IMG/VR virus record: IMGVR_UViG_3300028048_000003 | From: a virus | Length of the DNA stretch: 64,000 nucleotides | Strand: one strand, 5' to 3' | Shown: positions 27,766 through 36,069 of the stretch, one piece after another | Position numbering within the stretch: position 1 is the stretch's first letter | Layout of the letters: each line of letters starts with the position of its first letter | Position numbers and translations under genes: made by a program | The notes under the pieces: model-generated | What the model saw: the letters and a program-made list of their open reading frames with translations, nothing else | Databases searched by the model: none | Told to the model about the DNA's origin: nothing

Positions 27766-27806
27766 ATTGTGCCGTGATTCTATGTAAATGTAAGGAGGAA
27801 TAAACC

Positions 27807-28091
27807 ATGAAGGAATGTAAAAACATCTACGAGTTGAAGGATATTCTCTATGAAAAGTTTGACTACTGGGACGTAGAGGATTTGACGAAGAGTATCAAGA
27901 GGATTGTCAACAATATGGTAGAGGAACAAATCGAGGACGCAGTAGAGGAAGAGCGCAGCGAGAGTGCTTACTGGCAGGATGTTGCCGAGGATGCGGAGAC
28001 AGAGCACGATGAATTGCAGGATGAGGTCATCGAGCTGAAAGAAAAGTTGAAGGAATACGAGCAGGACGATGGGAAAGTCATTCCGTTCTAA
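27807..28091 (+). CDS. highly acidic small protein (94 aa)
   Basis: AGGAGGA ribosome-binding site. Long D/E-rich helices. Confidence 0.6.
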   Translation: MKECKNIYELKDILYEKFDYWDVEDLTKSIKRIVNNMVEEQIEDAVEEERSESAYWQDVAEDAETEHDELQDEVIELKEKLKEYEQDDGKVIPF

Positions 28092-28104
28092 GGAGGTATC
28101 AGTT

Positions 28105-28278
28105 ATGGATGTAAGAGAGTTGAACAGCGAGCAGTTGGAGAAATTGAAAGTCAACTACTACGCCGAAAGACACGAAGATATGTCGTATGGCGATATTGTG
28201 GACATCAACAACCTTGTTTCAGATAAGGAAGTTTTCGAGGAGTACGCAGGGACGATGTTCACCGAAGAGGATTTCTAA
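28105..28278 (+). CDS. small acidic protein (57 aa)
   Basis: ATG at 28105 after AAGGAGG. Confidence 0.5.
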   Translation: MDVRELNSEQLEKLKVNYYAERHEDMSYGDIVDINNLVSDKEVFEEYAGTMFTEEDF

Positions 28279-28296
28279 GGAGGAAGGAGAAGAAGA

Positions 28297-28446
28297 ATGG
28301 CACAAAAACTGATTCTGATTGCGCTTGAATTGGCAGGAATGGTCATTCATCCCTTTCAACGAGAGCGCATTTGCGTGTATAATGAGGACAACAAGCTAGT
28401 GTCGTTCGCATACGGTGAGCGTCCGATTAGCAAGATATGGAGGTAA
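28297..28446 (+). CDS. possible small protein (49 aa)
   Basis: Below the track cutoff. ATG after AGGAAGGAGAAG. Confidence 0.35.
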   Translation: MAQKLILIALELAGMVIHPFQRERICVYNEDNKLVSFAYGERPISKIWR

Positions 28447-28451
28447 CAGAG

Positions 28452-28649
28452 ATGAAACTAAGAGGAAAGGTAACCATCTATGCAGAGCAGGAAATTCCTG
28501 ATGATGTGTGGAATAGCATGACGAGTGAAGAACAGGAGGAAGCAGCTAGTAACCTTCATTTATTCCTGCGCCTCGGGGCAGATAACTTCAACTACGGTGG
28601 CAACCCTGATGATGATGAACGCTATTATGTATGGTATGATGAGGATTAA
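28452..28649 (+). CDS. small acidic protein (65 aa)
   Basis: ATG 8 nt after GGAGG. Confidence 0.5.
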   Translation: MKLRGKVTIYAEQEIPDDVWNSMTSEEQEEAASNLHLFLRLGADNFNYGGNPDDDERYYVWYDED

Positions 28650-28661
28650 GGGGGATTAATC

Positions 28662-28964
28662 ATGGAAAACGTAATGGGGAAAATGGAGAAAAAATTCGGT
28701 GCCGTTGGTTTCAATTTTAATAAATATGTTCTCATCCAGGATGCCTACCTCGATGGGACTGGTGACGACGCTGCGTACTTCGCTGATGCTATCAGGGAGG
28801 GTGATGAACCTGATGAAGATGGGTATGTTCAAATCTATGAGGTAGAGTGGAAAATCATCTATCCTGACGCTGAGGATGAGGGAGACAGATGCGATTGGGA
28901 AAAACCAGTGGATGTCGATGCGACTGGGGCAAGGTTCAATCTAATGGATGGCTCGGTGTTCTAA
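28662..28964 (+). CDS. acidic protein (100 aa)
   Basis: AAGGGGGA ribosome-binding site. Confidence 0.55.
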   Translation: MENVMGKMEKKFGAVGFNFNKYVLIQDAYLDGTGDDAAYFADAIREGDEPDEDGYVQIYEVEWKIIYPDAEDEGDRCDWEKPVDVDATGARFNLMDGSVF

Positions 28965-29019
28965 TCACCTACTGAGTGTGGTTATGAAGGGTAAGGATGT
29001 AAATTAAGGAGGAATTGAT

Positions 29020-29262
29020 ATGTATTTCAAAACAGAATTAGATTGGGAGTATCTGGAGAAAAACGTTACTTATGACAAGGCAAGAGAGCTTATGGATAGG
29101 ATTGAGGAGCAGGAGAAAGAGTACGAGTTCATCGTATACATCAAAGAGCACATTTGTCTCGACCCATACGAAGATGATGTGCTAGACTTAGTGGACGAGC
29201 TTGCAGAGAATCCTGACAAACTTGATTTCCTTGAAGACGAAGAAGAAAGGGAGGATGATTGA
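29020..29262 (+). CDS. highly acidic small protein (80 aa)
   Basis: AAGGAGGA ribosome-binding site. C-terminus: DFLEDEEEREDD. Confidence 0.55.
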   Translation: MYFKTELDWEYLEKNVTYDKARELMDRIEEQEKEYEFIVYIKEHICLDPYEDDVLDLVDELAENPDKLDFLEDEEEREDD

Positions 29263-29263
29263 C

Positions 29264-29917
29264 ATGAAGGTTCAGATTGTAGGCTTTGAAGGGTACGACG
29301 ATGACTGGGGCGGGGTTACTGCGACAGTCCTCGTGAATGGTAAGAAACATACGATTGCAATCCAATGCTGCGTAACAAAGAGTGGGGAATATGCAGAAAA
29401 TGACTACAACAATCCAGAGGACAACGGGTGGTTCATCGATGGTTTAGATGTGGAAGAGTTAAGCAACTGCGTCGTGTGTTCTACTTTCCCATGCGACAAA
29501 ACGTGTAAAAAGCTCTTTGAAGAGTTCGGAAATTGGGAAAACATCAGGAATCTGATTCGCGCTGTCAATGACGAGATTATTCACTGGGACTACGCGCCAG
29601 ACATCGCCACAGAAATTATCGATGTGTACTCTAACAACCATCGTGGTTATATGAATCCTTTTGACATGGTTTATACATATAACATCGAGAAAGTTTCCGA
29701 TGAGGTCGATAGTTTCAAAATCAACAAAGAGAAGGAGGCATGTGAAGACTATATCTATGACTCAGATGATGAAAGTGAATACCGTGTTCCCATGAAAGAA
29801 ATCATTGAAGAATATCATGATGAAATCATGGGAGTGTTCTACGAGAGAGAAACAGAGAAATCCTACAAGCAGACAGCAGCTATCGGTTGGTTTGTTGACG
29901 TGGAGAAGGAGGACTAA
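29264..29917 (+). CDS. hypothetical Cys-containing protein (217 aa)
   Basis: ATG at 29264, 9 nt after GGGAGG. Confidence 0.6.
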   Translation: MKVQIVGFEGYDDDWGGVTATVLVNGKKHTIAIQCCVTKSGEYAENDYNNPEDNGWFIDGLDVEELSNCVVCSTFPCDKTCKKLFEEFGNWENIRNLIRAVNDEIIHWDYAPDIATEIIDVYSNNHRGYMNPFDMVYTYNIEKVSDEVDSFKINKEKEACEDYIYDSDDESEYRVPMKEIIEEYHDEIMGVFYERETEKSYKQTAAIGWFVDVEKED

Positions 29918-29919
29918 TT

Positions 29920-30204
29920 ATGGAGAAGATGGATTTTGCAAAGTTCACGGAAAAGATGACTGAGTTCCAGAAACAGAAGAAAGAAGTGATGGGAGTGATT
30001 GTATTCACAGAGAACAGTTTCCCCGCTCCGTATGATGTCACAGGGAGGAGCTACGAGGTGAGCAGTATGGCAAAATACTTCAATCCATTCGCAGGAGGTA
30101 GCGGCCTTGCAGGGAATTGTCTTGACGGTACGGATGATGGCGTTCGGCTGGACTATTACATGAGCGTGTATGGATGGGAACCTGAGTATTGCTATATCGC
30201 CTAA
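29920..30204 (+). CDS. hypothetical protein (94 aa)
   Basis: Tightly packed behind the upstream gene. GGAGAAGGAGGA lies upstream. Confidence 0.55.
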   Translation: MEKMDFAKFTEKMTEFQKQKKEVMGVIVFTENSFPAPYDVTGRSYEVSSMAKYFNPFAGGSGLAGNCLDGTDDGVRLDYYMSVYGWEPEYCYIA

Positions 30205-30232
30205 TTTAATTTGACATAGGAGGAAAACTAAA

Positions 30233-30538
30233 ATGGATAAGAAGAAAATGTTTTATGTTCAGGTGTGGCCGTATGGCATTGGTTATGGCGGTGAAGGTGA
30301 GCCGCGTTCATACGCTTTTGAGACACAGGAGGAGCGTGATAAATGGATGAGACAGGACTGGATTGTACGTGCAGAAGAAGATGGAAACCCTGTTGTCTCG
30401 TTCGCTGATTATGCGGATATGCAGAGGGCATATGGGAACAACTTCCGCGTTTTCAAGGATGATGATGGTAATCTCTCCGTGTGCAGTTATCTTGAATCAA
30501 TGAAGATTGCAGAGATTGCCGACGTAGATTTCTTCTAA
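30233..30538 (+). CDS. hypothetical protein (101 aa)
   Basis: AGGAGGA ribosome-binding site. Confidence 0.55.
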   Translation: MDKKKMFYVQVWPYGIGYGGEGEPRSYAFETQEERDKWMRQDWIVRAEEDGNPVVSFADYADMQRAYGNNFRVFKDDDGNLSVCSYLESMKIAEIADVDFF

Positions 30539-30592
30539 ATACAAAAAGTCAAGAGAAGTAGATGAGTATTTTATTGTAATGAGGTGAGCAGT

Positions 30593-30769
30593 ATGAATGT
30601 ATGGAAGAAGCATAAAGGAAAATTTGAGAAAGTGAACGGCCCGTTTCTCGACAGACTGTTCGATTGGTGGGAAGGCCGCACGCAGGGCGAGTTCACCGCA
30701 GACCGTCTGCGTATGATTGCAAGAGCGCGGAAGATTATGCTGGGAAACCATTTAAGTAAGCATGGATGA
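30593..30769 (+). CDS. small basic protein (58 aa)
   Basis: ATG at 30593, 6 nt after GAGGTG. Confidence 0.4.
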   Translation: MNVWKKHKGKFEKVNGPFLDRLFDWWEGRTQGEFTADRLRMIARARKIMLGNHLSKHG

Positions 30770-30784
30770 AGGAGGAAAATTAAT

Positions 30785-30997
30785 ATGGATAACAATAACA
30801 ACGATACGGGAGAGATGCTCAAATGGTTTGGTATTATGCTGCTGGTTTATGCTGGCTTTTTTATCTTTGTCGGAGCATTAGCTGACTTCTTAGTATCTTG
30901 TGGGGCTAACCTAGGTGATGTATTGTTTGTATGTGTTGTATTGCTGATTATTGTATGCTCTTCGAGGGCATTTGAGGACTGGAAAGACAGACTGTGA
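30785..30997 (+). CDS. small membrane protein (70 aa, two transmembrane segments)
   Basis: AGGAGGA ribosome-binding site. Two hydrophobic helices. Confidence 0.55.
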   Translation: MDNNNNDTGEMLKWFGIMLLVYAGFFIFVGALADFLVSCGANLGDVLFVCVVLLIIVCSSRAFEDWKDRL

Positions 30998-31025
30998 TGA
31001 GAGTGGTAGAAAGGTGAGGAATAAC

Positions 31026-31907
31026 ATGACTTGGGATGAACTGTATAAGAAGATTGAGAAAGACCTATTCTCCTCGATGAGTGAGAACACAGCCAAAGGC
31101 TATTTAGCTGACATTAAAATGTTTGAATTTTCAGATAAGCCGTGCCGTGCTGCTGTTGAAAGAAAAAGAAAGGAGTGGCAGGACAAGGGGCTGTCTGGTA
31201 AGACTATCCAGAGGAGGTTTGCCGCGGTCAGATGGGTTCTCGATATGTACCCTCGCGAGTTTGGTCTTGACGATATTCTTGACATCAAGTCCGCTATGAA
31301 GCACGTTGACATCAATAACAAAGAGATGGTTTACGCCACGAAAGAACAGGCTGACAAGGTTATCTCTATGGCCGATGAACGGACAGCTCTCTGTGTAGCG
31401 ATGATGTTCTACGAGGGGATGCGCCGCGACGAGGTATACAACAACAGATTGCAGGACTGGGACATCAAGGGAGAAGATACTCTCAACGGCGGTGTTCCCG
31501 CTATCATTATCCCGCGCACGAAGAACGACGAACCGAGACGTGTACCATTAGCGCAGCAGACGATTGATTGTTTCCTCCGATATGTAAACGGTGACAGGGT
31601 ACGGAACGCCAGACTTATCGAGAACGTTTCCCCTAAGACTGCCACCTACACTATTCTCTCTACATACGGTAGGCTTCGCAGGGAATCTATCCAGCGTGAC
31701 GTAAAGAAAGCATCCATCGCCGCAGGATTTCCCCAGCTTCATTGTCACAGCTATCGCCACGGTCTTGCTACCTTGCTTGCTAAATCGGGGAGGGATTCTA
31801 TCTATATCGCAACAATGATGGGACACAAGAACCTTAACACAACTCGCCGCTATATCCACCTCTCCCCTGCCGACCTCAAGAAAGGAACAGAGGATGTGCT
31901 AAAGTGA
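31026..31907 (+). CDS. tyrosine recombinase (integrase or XerC/D-like resolvase)
   Basis: The C-terminal catalytic signature HSYRHGLAT ... MMGHKNLNTTRRYIH has the H-x-x-R and terminal Y context of tyrosine recombinases. ATG follows GGTGAGGA. Confidence 0.85.
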   Translation: MTWDELYKKIEKDLFSSMSENTAKGYLADIKMFEFSDKPCRAAVERKRKEWQDKGLSGKTIQRRFAAVRWVLDMYPREFGLDDILDIKSAMKHVDINNKEMVYATKEQADKVISMADERTALCVAMMFYEGMRRDEVYNNRLQDWDIKGEDTLNGGVPAIIIPRTKNDEPRRVPLAQQTIDCFLRYVNGDRVRNARLIENVSPKTATYTILSTYGRLRRESIQRDVKKASIAAGFPQLHCHSYRHGLATLLAKSGRDSIYIATMMGHKNLNTTRRYIHLSPADLKKGTEDVLK

Positions 31908-32029
31908 GCAAAATCGGCTCGACGAGATGCAAAAAAATACCTCCGAATATGATAGAGCACTTTCACGAAAAAGAGACTTGTCACAGGTCTGGGCTTGTGA
32001 TATTCTCAAATAAAAGGAGGTGGCTATCA

Positions 32030-32248
32030 ATGCCGCGTAAAGTAGACTACGATATGAAGCTCTCAAAACTCGCCGATAAGCTCAAGAAGAACGAAGAAGA
32101 GTACCAGAAACTAAAAGATGCTTATGACAAAACCAAAGAAGAGAAAAACCGCAAGTTTTACAAGAAGCTCCTAAACTTTATGGAGAAGAACAACATTTCC
32201 CCTGATACCGCTCTCGAGATTTTAGAGAAGAATCTGCCTACGACCTAA
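32030..32248 (+). CDS. small coiled-coil protein (72 aa)
   Basis: ATG after AAAAGGAGG. K/E-rich. Confidence 0.5.
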   Translation: MPRKVDYDMKLSKLADKLKKNEEEYQKLKDAYDKTKEEKNRKFYKKLLNFMEKNNISPDTALEILEKNLPTT

Positions 32249-32330
32249 TTCGTCATAGGTTGAGAAAAACACCTACCTTCGTTTTCCTGCTGATAGGGTT
32301 AGCATGGACAGATAGACTTTTTGGTGAACA

Positions 32331-32364
32331 AAAAAACACCTACTTTTTTAAGGTAGGTGTTTTT
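32331..32364. terminator. bidirectional intrinsic terminator
   Basis: AAAAA-ACACCTAC-loop-GTAGGTGT-TTTT, between convergent genes. Confidence 0.75.
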
Positions 32365-32370
32365 CTCAGT

Positions 32371-33111
32371 TTATGATGATTTTTCAAGACCGTATGTGCC
32401 GTGACCTTTGCGACCGTATACGTCTCGCTTTCGCTTACAGGTGGCGCACAACGTACAACAGACATACTTAGAAGCGTCCCCCATCGTATCTTTCATATAC
32501 TCTGGGATAAGACATTTCGTGACAGGCTTCAACACTTTGTACCCCTGCTCCAACTTCACCTCAGAACCAAACTGAGCATTTTGGGCGCGTTCAAACGGAT
32601 AGAGTGCGTAGTTAATGCCTTTATCGGCTTCTTTACGACTCTCAAGAGGTAATAGGTCTACGAAAAGAACCTTGAGCGCTTCACGAACAGCAAACCTCTG
32701 GTCAAGCTCATCGCAAAGTGACTCATACAATGCGCTGTGGCGTCCTCTGCTCGTCTCTGATAGTTCCATAACCTTCGCCGCGACATATTCTATACGTTCC
32801 TCATCAGCGACGTTCTCAAGGCGCTTACAGATGCTATTCCGAGCCGATGCACATGCCTGTGGTGACATTCCAAGCTCGTTAGCCATGCTCTCCAGTGTGT
32901 CCCCCGCTCCAACCATGAGGAGAATCTTCTGCTGCGTATCGGAGAGACAGCCAAGAACGACTTGCAAGCTATCAAGGACACGTTTACGCCGCTCCGTTTC
33001 CTCTAAGATGGTATCAGGAGACAGCCCATATTTCCTCGATACGTCAAAAGCAATCTTGTTTGAATCCAGCCAACCCTCACCGAGAAGGTCTACGGCGTTA
33101 GCCAAACTCAT
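32371..33111 (-). CDS. sigma-70 region-4 / LuxR-type HTH regulator with a C-terminal Cys cluster
   Basis: LSDTQQKILLMVGAGDTLESMANELGMSPQACASARNSICKRL resembles sigma region 4.2. No region-2-like segment is visible. The C-terminus reads CCTLCATCKRK. Confidence 0.45.
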   Translation of the reverse strand: MSLANAVDLLGEGWLDSNKIAFDVSRKYGLSPDTILEETERRKRVLDSLQVVLGCLSDTQQKILLMVGAGDTLESMANELGMSPQACASARNSICKRLENVADEERIEYVAAKVMELSETSRGRHSALYESLCDELDQRFAVREALKVLFVDLLPLESRKEADKGINYALYPFERAQNAQFGSEVKLEQGYKVLKPVTKCLIPEYMKDTMGDASKYVCCTLCATCKRKRDVYGRKGHGTYGLEKSS

Positions 33112-33353
33112 GCTTGCTCCCTCTTTAACGAATCGGAGGTAAAGTAGCAGCCCCTTATGAAACCGTTCCCAAGTTTTCTCTTTCCCTTGAACCGATACCT
33201 GTCTTTGAAATCTGAGGACTCACTCTTTATGTAGCGCACATCAGCAAAATACCGCTTGAGATTTTCTTCTGCCGCCTTTCTCTCATCCTCTACAACGACA
33301 GAATACCTTTCTACCTCATGCGGCATACGCACTACGAAAAAGTGCAGCCCCAT
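33108..33353 (-). CDS. hypothetical protein (81 aa)
   Basis: Translationally coupled between nrdG and the regulator. Confidence 0.45.
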   Translation of the reverse strand: MGLHFFVVRMPHEVERYSVVVEDERKAAEENLKRYFADVRYIKSESSDFKDRYRFKGKRKLGNGFIRGCYFTSDSLKREQA

Positions 33354-33871
33354 CAGCGGATTTTCACTACGTCCTCGTCAATCTCGTTACCGCTATCATC
33401 AAAATCAACGGCCTTATAGCTGCCGTCAGGAAGATGTTTCCAGATTTTCTGGTTGCGACTTCCACGGAACGGCAGTCTTTCTTTCTGCTTGCAGTCAAAT
33501 GCACCGTCAATCACATAATCAAACGGAGAAAAGATGTTAAGTTTACGCTTTTTGAATAACTCATCAATGGTGTGGCCTGTATAGATTGTAGTTTGAAGAC
33601 CTTTCGACTTTGCCCATGCCGCAATCTCCTTGACCTCATCCATCTGCATAGAGCTTTCCCCGCCGCTGAACGTGACACCACTCACGGGAGGAACATAGCT
33701 CTCAATCTTACCCTCAATCTCTTCTACGGACATCTCTACGCCACCGTCTGTTGCCCATGTAGAAGGATTCTGACACTCTTTACAATGGATGTCACACCCC
33801 TGCGCGAACAGGACGTAATTGATACCCTTCCCATCCGCGAGAGACGTGGCATTTACGCCAGCAACTTTCAA
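33353..33871 (-). CDS. nrdG: anaerobic ribonucleotide reductase activating protein (radical SAM)
   Basis: The radical SAM motif CDIHCKEC (C-x3-C-x2-C) lies near the N-terminus. 172 aa. It sits directly downstream of nrdD. Confidence 0.85.
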   Translation of the reverse strand: MKVAGVNATSLADGKGINYVLFAQGCDIHCKECQNPSTWATDGGVEMSVEEIEGKIESYVPPVSGVTFSGGESSMQMDEVKEIAAWAKSKGLQTTIYTGHTIDELFKKRKLNIFSPFDYVIDGAFDCKQKERLPFRGSRNQKIWKHLPDGSYKAVDFDDSGNEIDEDVVKIR

Positions 33872-33926
33872 CGAATATAAAACCTCTTTTCAAATAATTT
33901 TTGAGCAAATCGGGGATAGTTCTCAT

Positions 33927-34889
33927 TTATCCAATCGCTCCACCTGCATGAGAAACACGGTCAGCCATTTCAGCTTTCTTGCCGTCGTTTGCTCTCTCAT
34001 ACTCTGTAAGATACCCTGTAATAATTTCTGTCACCTTGATATTCTCGCTCCCGCACTTCGGACAAGCACCATCGAAACTACCTTGATAGCCACAGTCCTT
34101 ACAGAAGCATTGTACCCAGTTCAGACCACCATAGACGATACCAGACTTATCCATATACTGAATGAGCTTTAGCACGCCCTCTGGATTGAACTTAGGCGTA
34201 TCTCCTGCTTCAATGTAAAAGATAGCTCCCGCGTTGCAATAGAGATGATAAGGTGCTTCGGTATCAATCTTCTTTTTCATGTCACACTTGAACGATACAG
34301 GGAGATGAAAACTATTGGTAAGGTACTCTTTGTCTGTGACGTTCGGAATTGTACCAAAGGTCTTCTTAGTCTTCTTCATCAGCGTGTAACATGCGCTCTC
34401 GCACGGACTGGCGAATAAGCTCACATTCAAATGAGTATCTTTCTTTGCCTTATCGACGCGCTTTCTCATCAATTTTATGATTTCAAGACCAAGTTCCTGA
34501 GACTTCCCCGATTCGCCGTGATGTTTGCCAGTAAGAACAATCAAGCACTCAGCAAGCCCGATGAATCCCATAGAAAGAGAGCCATTTTTCACCATAGGTT
34601 CAATCGTGTCATCCTCATCAAGCTCTGCTCCATCCTGATACCAATCGGCAACAAAAGGAATATCGCGCTTTTTCAGATTCTTGATAACGTCGTATCTCTC
34701 AAGTAGTTCACCAACTGCATCATCCATTGTCTCGTAGAGAATATCCCAGAACTCAGGCAGCGGGTCAGATGGGTTCTTCTCTTTTGCTTCGAGGGCAAGG
34801 TACGGAAGATTGATTGTATTGAACGCGAGATTACCACGCGCATCTGGGTTTTCATCACCGTTGACATTTCCTCGAACAGCAGTCCTACA
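33927..34889 (-). CDS. nrdD: anaerobic ribonucleoside-triphosphate reductase, exon 3
   Basis: Begins CRTAVRG. It contains the Zn ribbon CKDCGYQGSFDGACPKCG and a glycyl-radical-type ITGYL motif at the C-terminus. Confidence 0.85.
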   Translation of the reverse strand, partial: CRTAVRGNVNGDENPDARGNLAFNTINLPYLALEAKEKNPSDPLPEFWDILYETMDDAVGELLERYDVIKNLKKRDIPFVADWYQDGAELDEDDTIEPMVKNGSLSMGFIGLAECLIVLTGKHHGESGKSQELGLEIIKLMRKRVDKAKKDTHLNVSLFASPCESACYTLMKKTKKTFGTIPNVTDKEYLTNSFHLPVSFKCDMKKKIDTEAPYHLYCNAGAIFYIEAGDTPKFNPEGVLKLIQYMDKSGIVYGGLNWVQCFCKDCGYQGSFDGACPKCGSENIKVTEIITGYLTEYERANDGKKAEMADRVSHAGGAIG

Positions 34890-35130
34890 CATATAATCGA
34901 CTATCACTAGCCGTACTGACTATATCATCTACTATTTCTAGCAGCCCTCCGCTTCGGAACAGTACCTATCTCTGTCCCTACATGGTTACACTCATCACCA
35001 TTAGTCGATACACTTTACTGTTTCCAGTCTTAGCACGGACTCATCTCATAAAGACCTATCCGTTAGCACGAAAAATCGCACACCCTCTAGGTGAGGTTCA
35101 AAGGGTTTTACATGGGCTGAGGATTCGCTT
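34890..35130 (-). mobile_element. group I intron (241 nt, no ORF) in nrdD
   Basis: Exon 2 ends in U. The P1 helix pairs exon AUGGGU with intron GCCCAU, including a U-G wobble. The intron ends in G. Splicing restores in-frame ...YIGTMG/CRTAV.... It shares core blocks (GCTAACGG, CCGTGCTAAG) with the other two introns. Confidence 0.75.
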
Positions 35131-35643
35131 ACCCATAGTTCCAATATACTCAAGCGGCATACCGTCATACGCTTTAGAGTCGCAGAACACAAATCGCGGT
35201 TGAATACGCTTACCAACACACTCGATTGCAAGCTGCGTAATGTCAAAGTTCGGCTCACCTTCATGGAGGTTGATTCCATCTTTTACGCGATAACAAAGGT
35301 TCGGAAAGATAGGATTCTCTCCCTTGCCAAGACCAGCAATGTAAGCCTTGAACAAGTTTTTAGAAATCATCCTCGCCCACTTTGATGTATCTGTGCCAAA
35401 GTTTACGCTGGAGAAGGTGACTTGAGCGCCGCTACGTGACCTCATCATATTGCAATTATAAACAAACTGCTCCATCGCCTGATATACGGCTTTATCGGTA
35501 CGTTCAAGAGCAAGTTCTGCCGTTCTTTCTGTATTTACATACCCATCACCATATACCTCCTCGATTTGCTTCTTCTGGTACTCGTACTCACGCTGAACAT
35601 ACGGCGCAAGGTCAGTATCAAAGTTCAAAAATCCCTGCTGACA
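35131..35643 (-). CDS. nrdD: anaerobic ribonucleoside-triphosphate reductase, exon 2
   Basis: 171 codons. It is in frame with exons 1 and 3 once both introns are removed. Confidence 0.8.
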
Positions 35644-36069
35644 CATTCGAGGTTTCCCTCAGTCGTGCCTAGACTATCTCTTCACTCAAGCGGCTGACTC
35701 ACCGCTATCATCGTGCCTTGCACTACGGAATACGGAATTGCACCGTAAACCTCTTAGACTGCGTTAGTCAATTTAGTCGTTACACCTTGCTTGCTCTTTT
35801 TCTCTTTGATTTCACCTGATTTAGCCGCAAAATATCCGTCGTACTTTGTCGGATAAAATTCAATCCCGTTGAATAGCGTTTTATCACCTCCTTTTATTTT
35901 TAGAATAAAGAGCAAGCCTTGGCACGGTATTACCTGCTATCTTACGAAAGACCGTAGGTTCTCTTACGGAGCGTATTCGAGCGCAAGCCTTATTTAACTC
36001 CTACCGTTAGCCATGAAAACATGACACCCTAGATTTCTAGGTTCACAAGGTTACGCGGCCAGTTTATCG
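35644..36069 (-). mobile_element. group I intron (426 nt) in nrdD with a short remnant ORF
   Basis: P1 pairs exon GCGGU with intron GCCGC (U-G wobble), and the intron ends in G. A 16-mer near its 3' end, GTGAAGAGATAGTCTA, is identical to one in the dnaE intron. The junction may be off by a few nt. Confidence 0.7.

Noticed and set aside
31026-32370. A search for attP or a tRNA-derived attachment core next to the recombinase.
   Set aside because: Only a bidirectional terminator (32331-32364) is evident, and nothing there duplicates any of the four tRNA 3' ends. No call was made.
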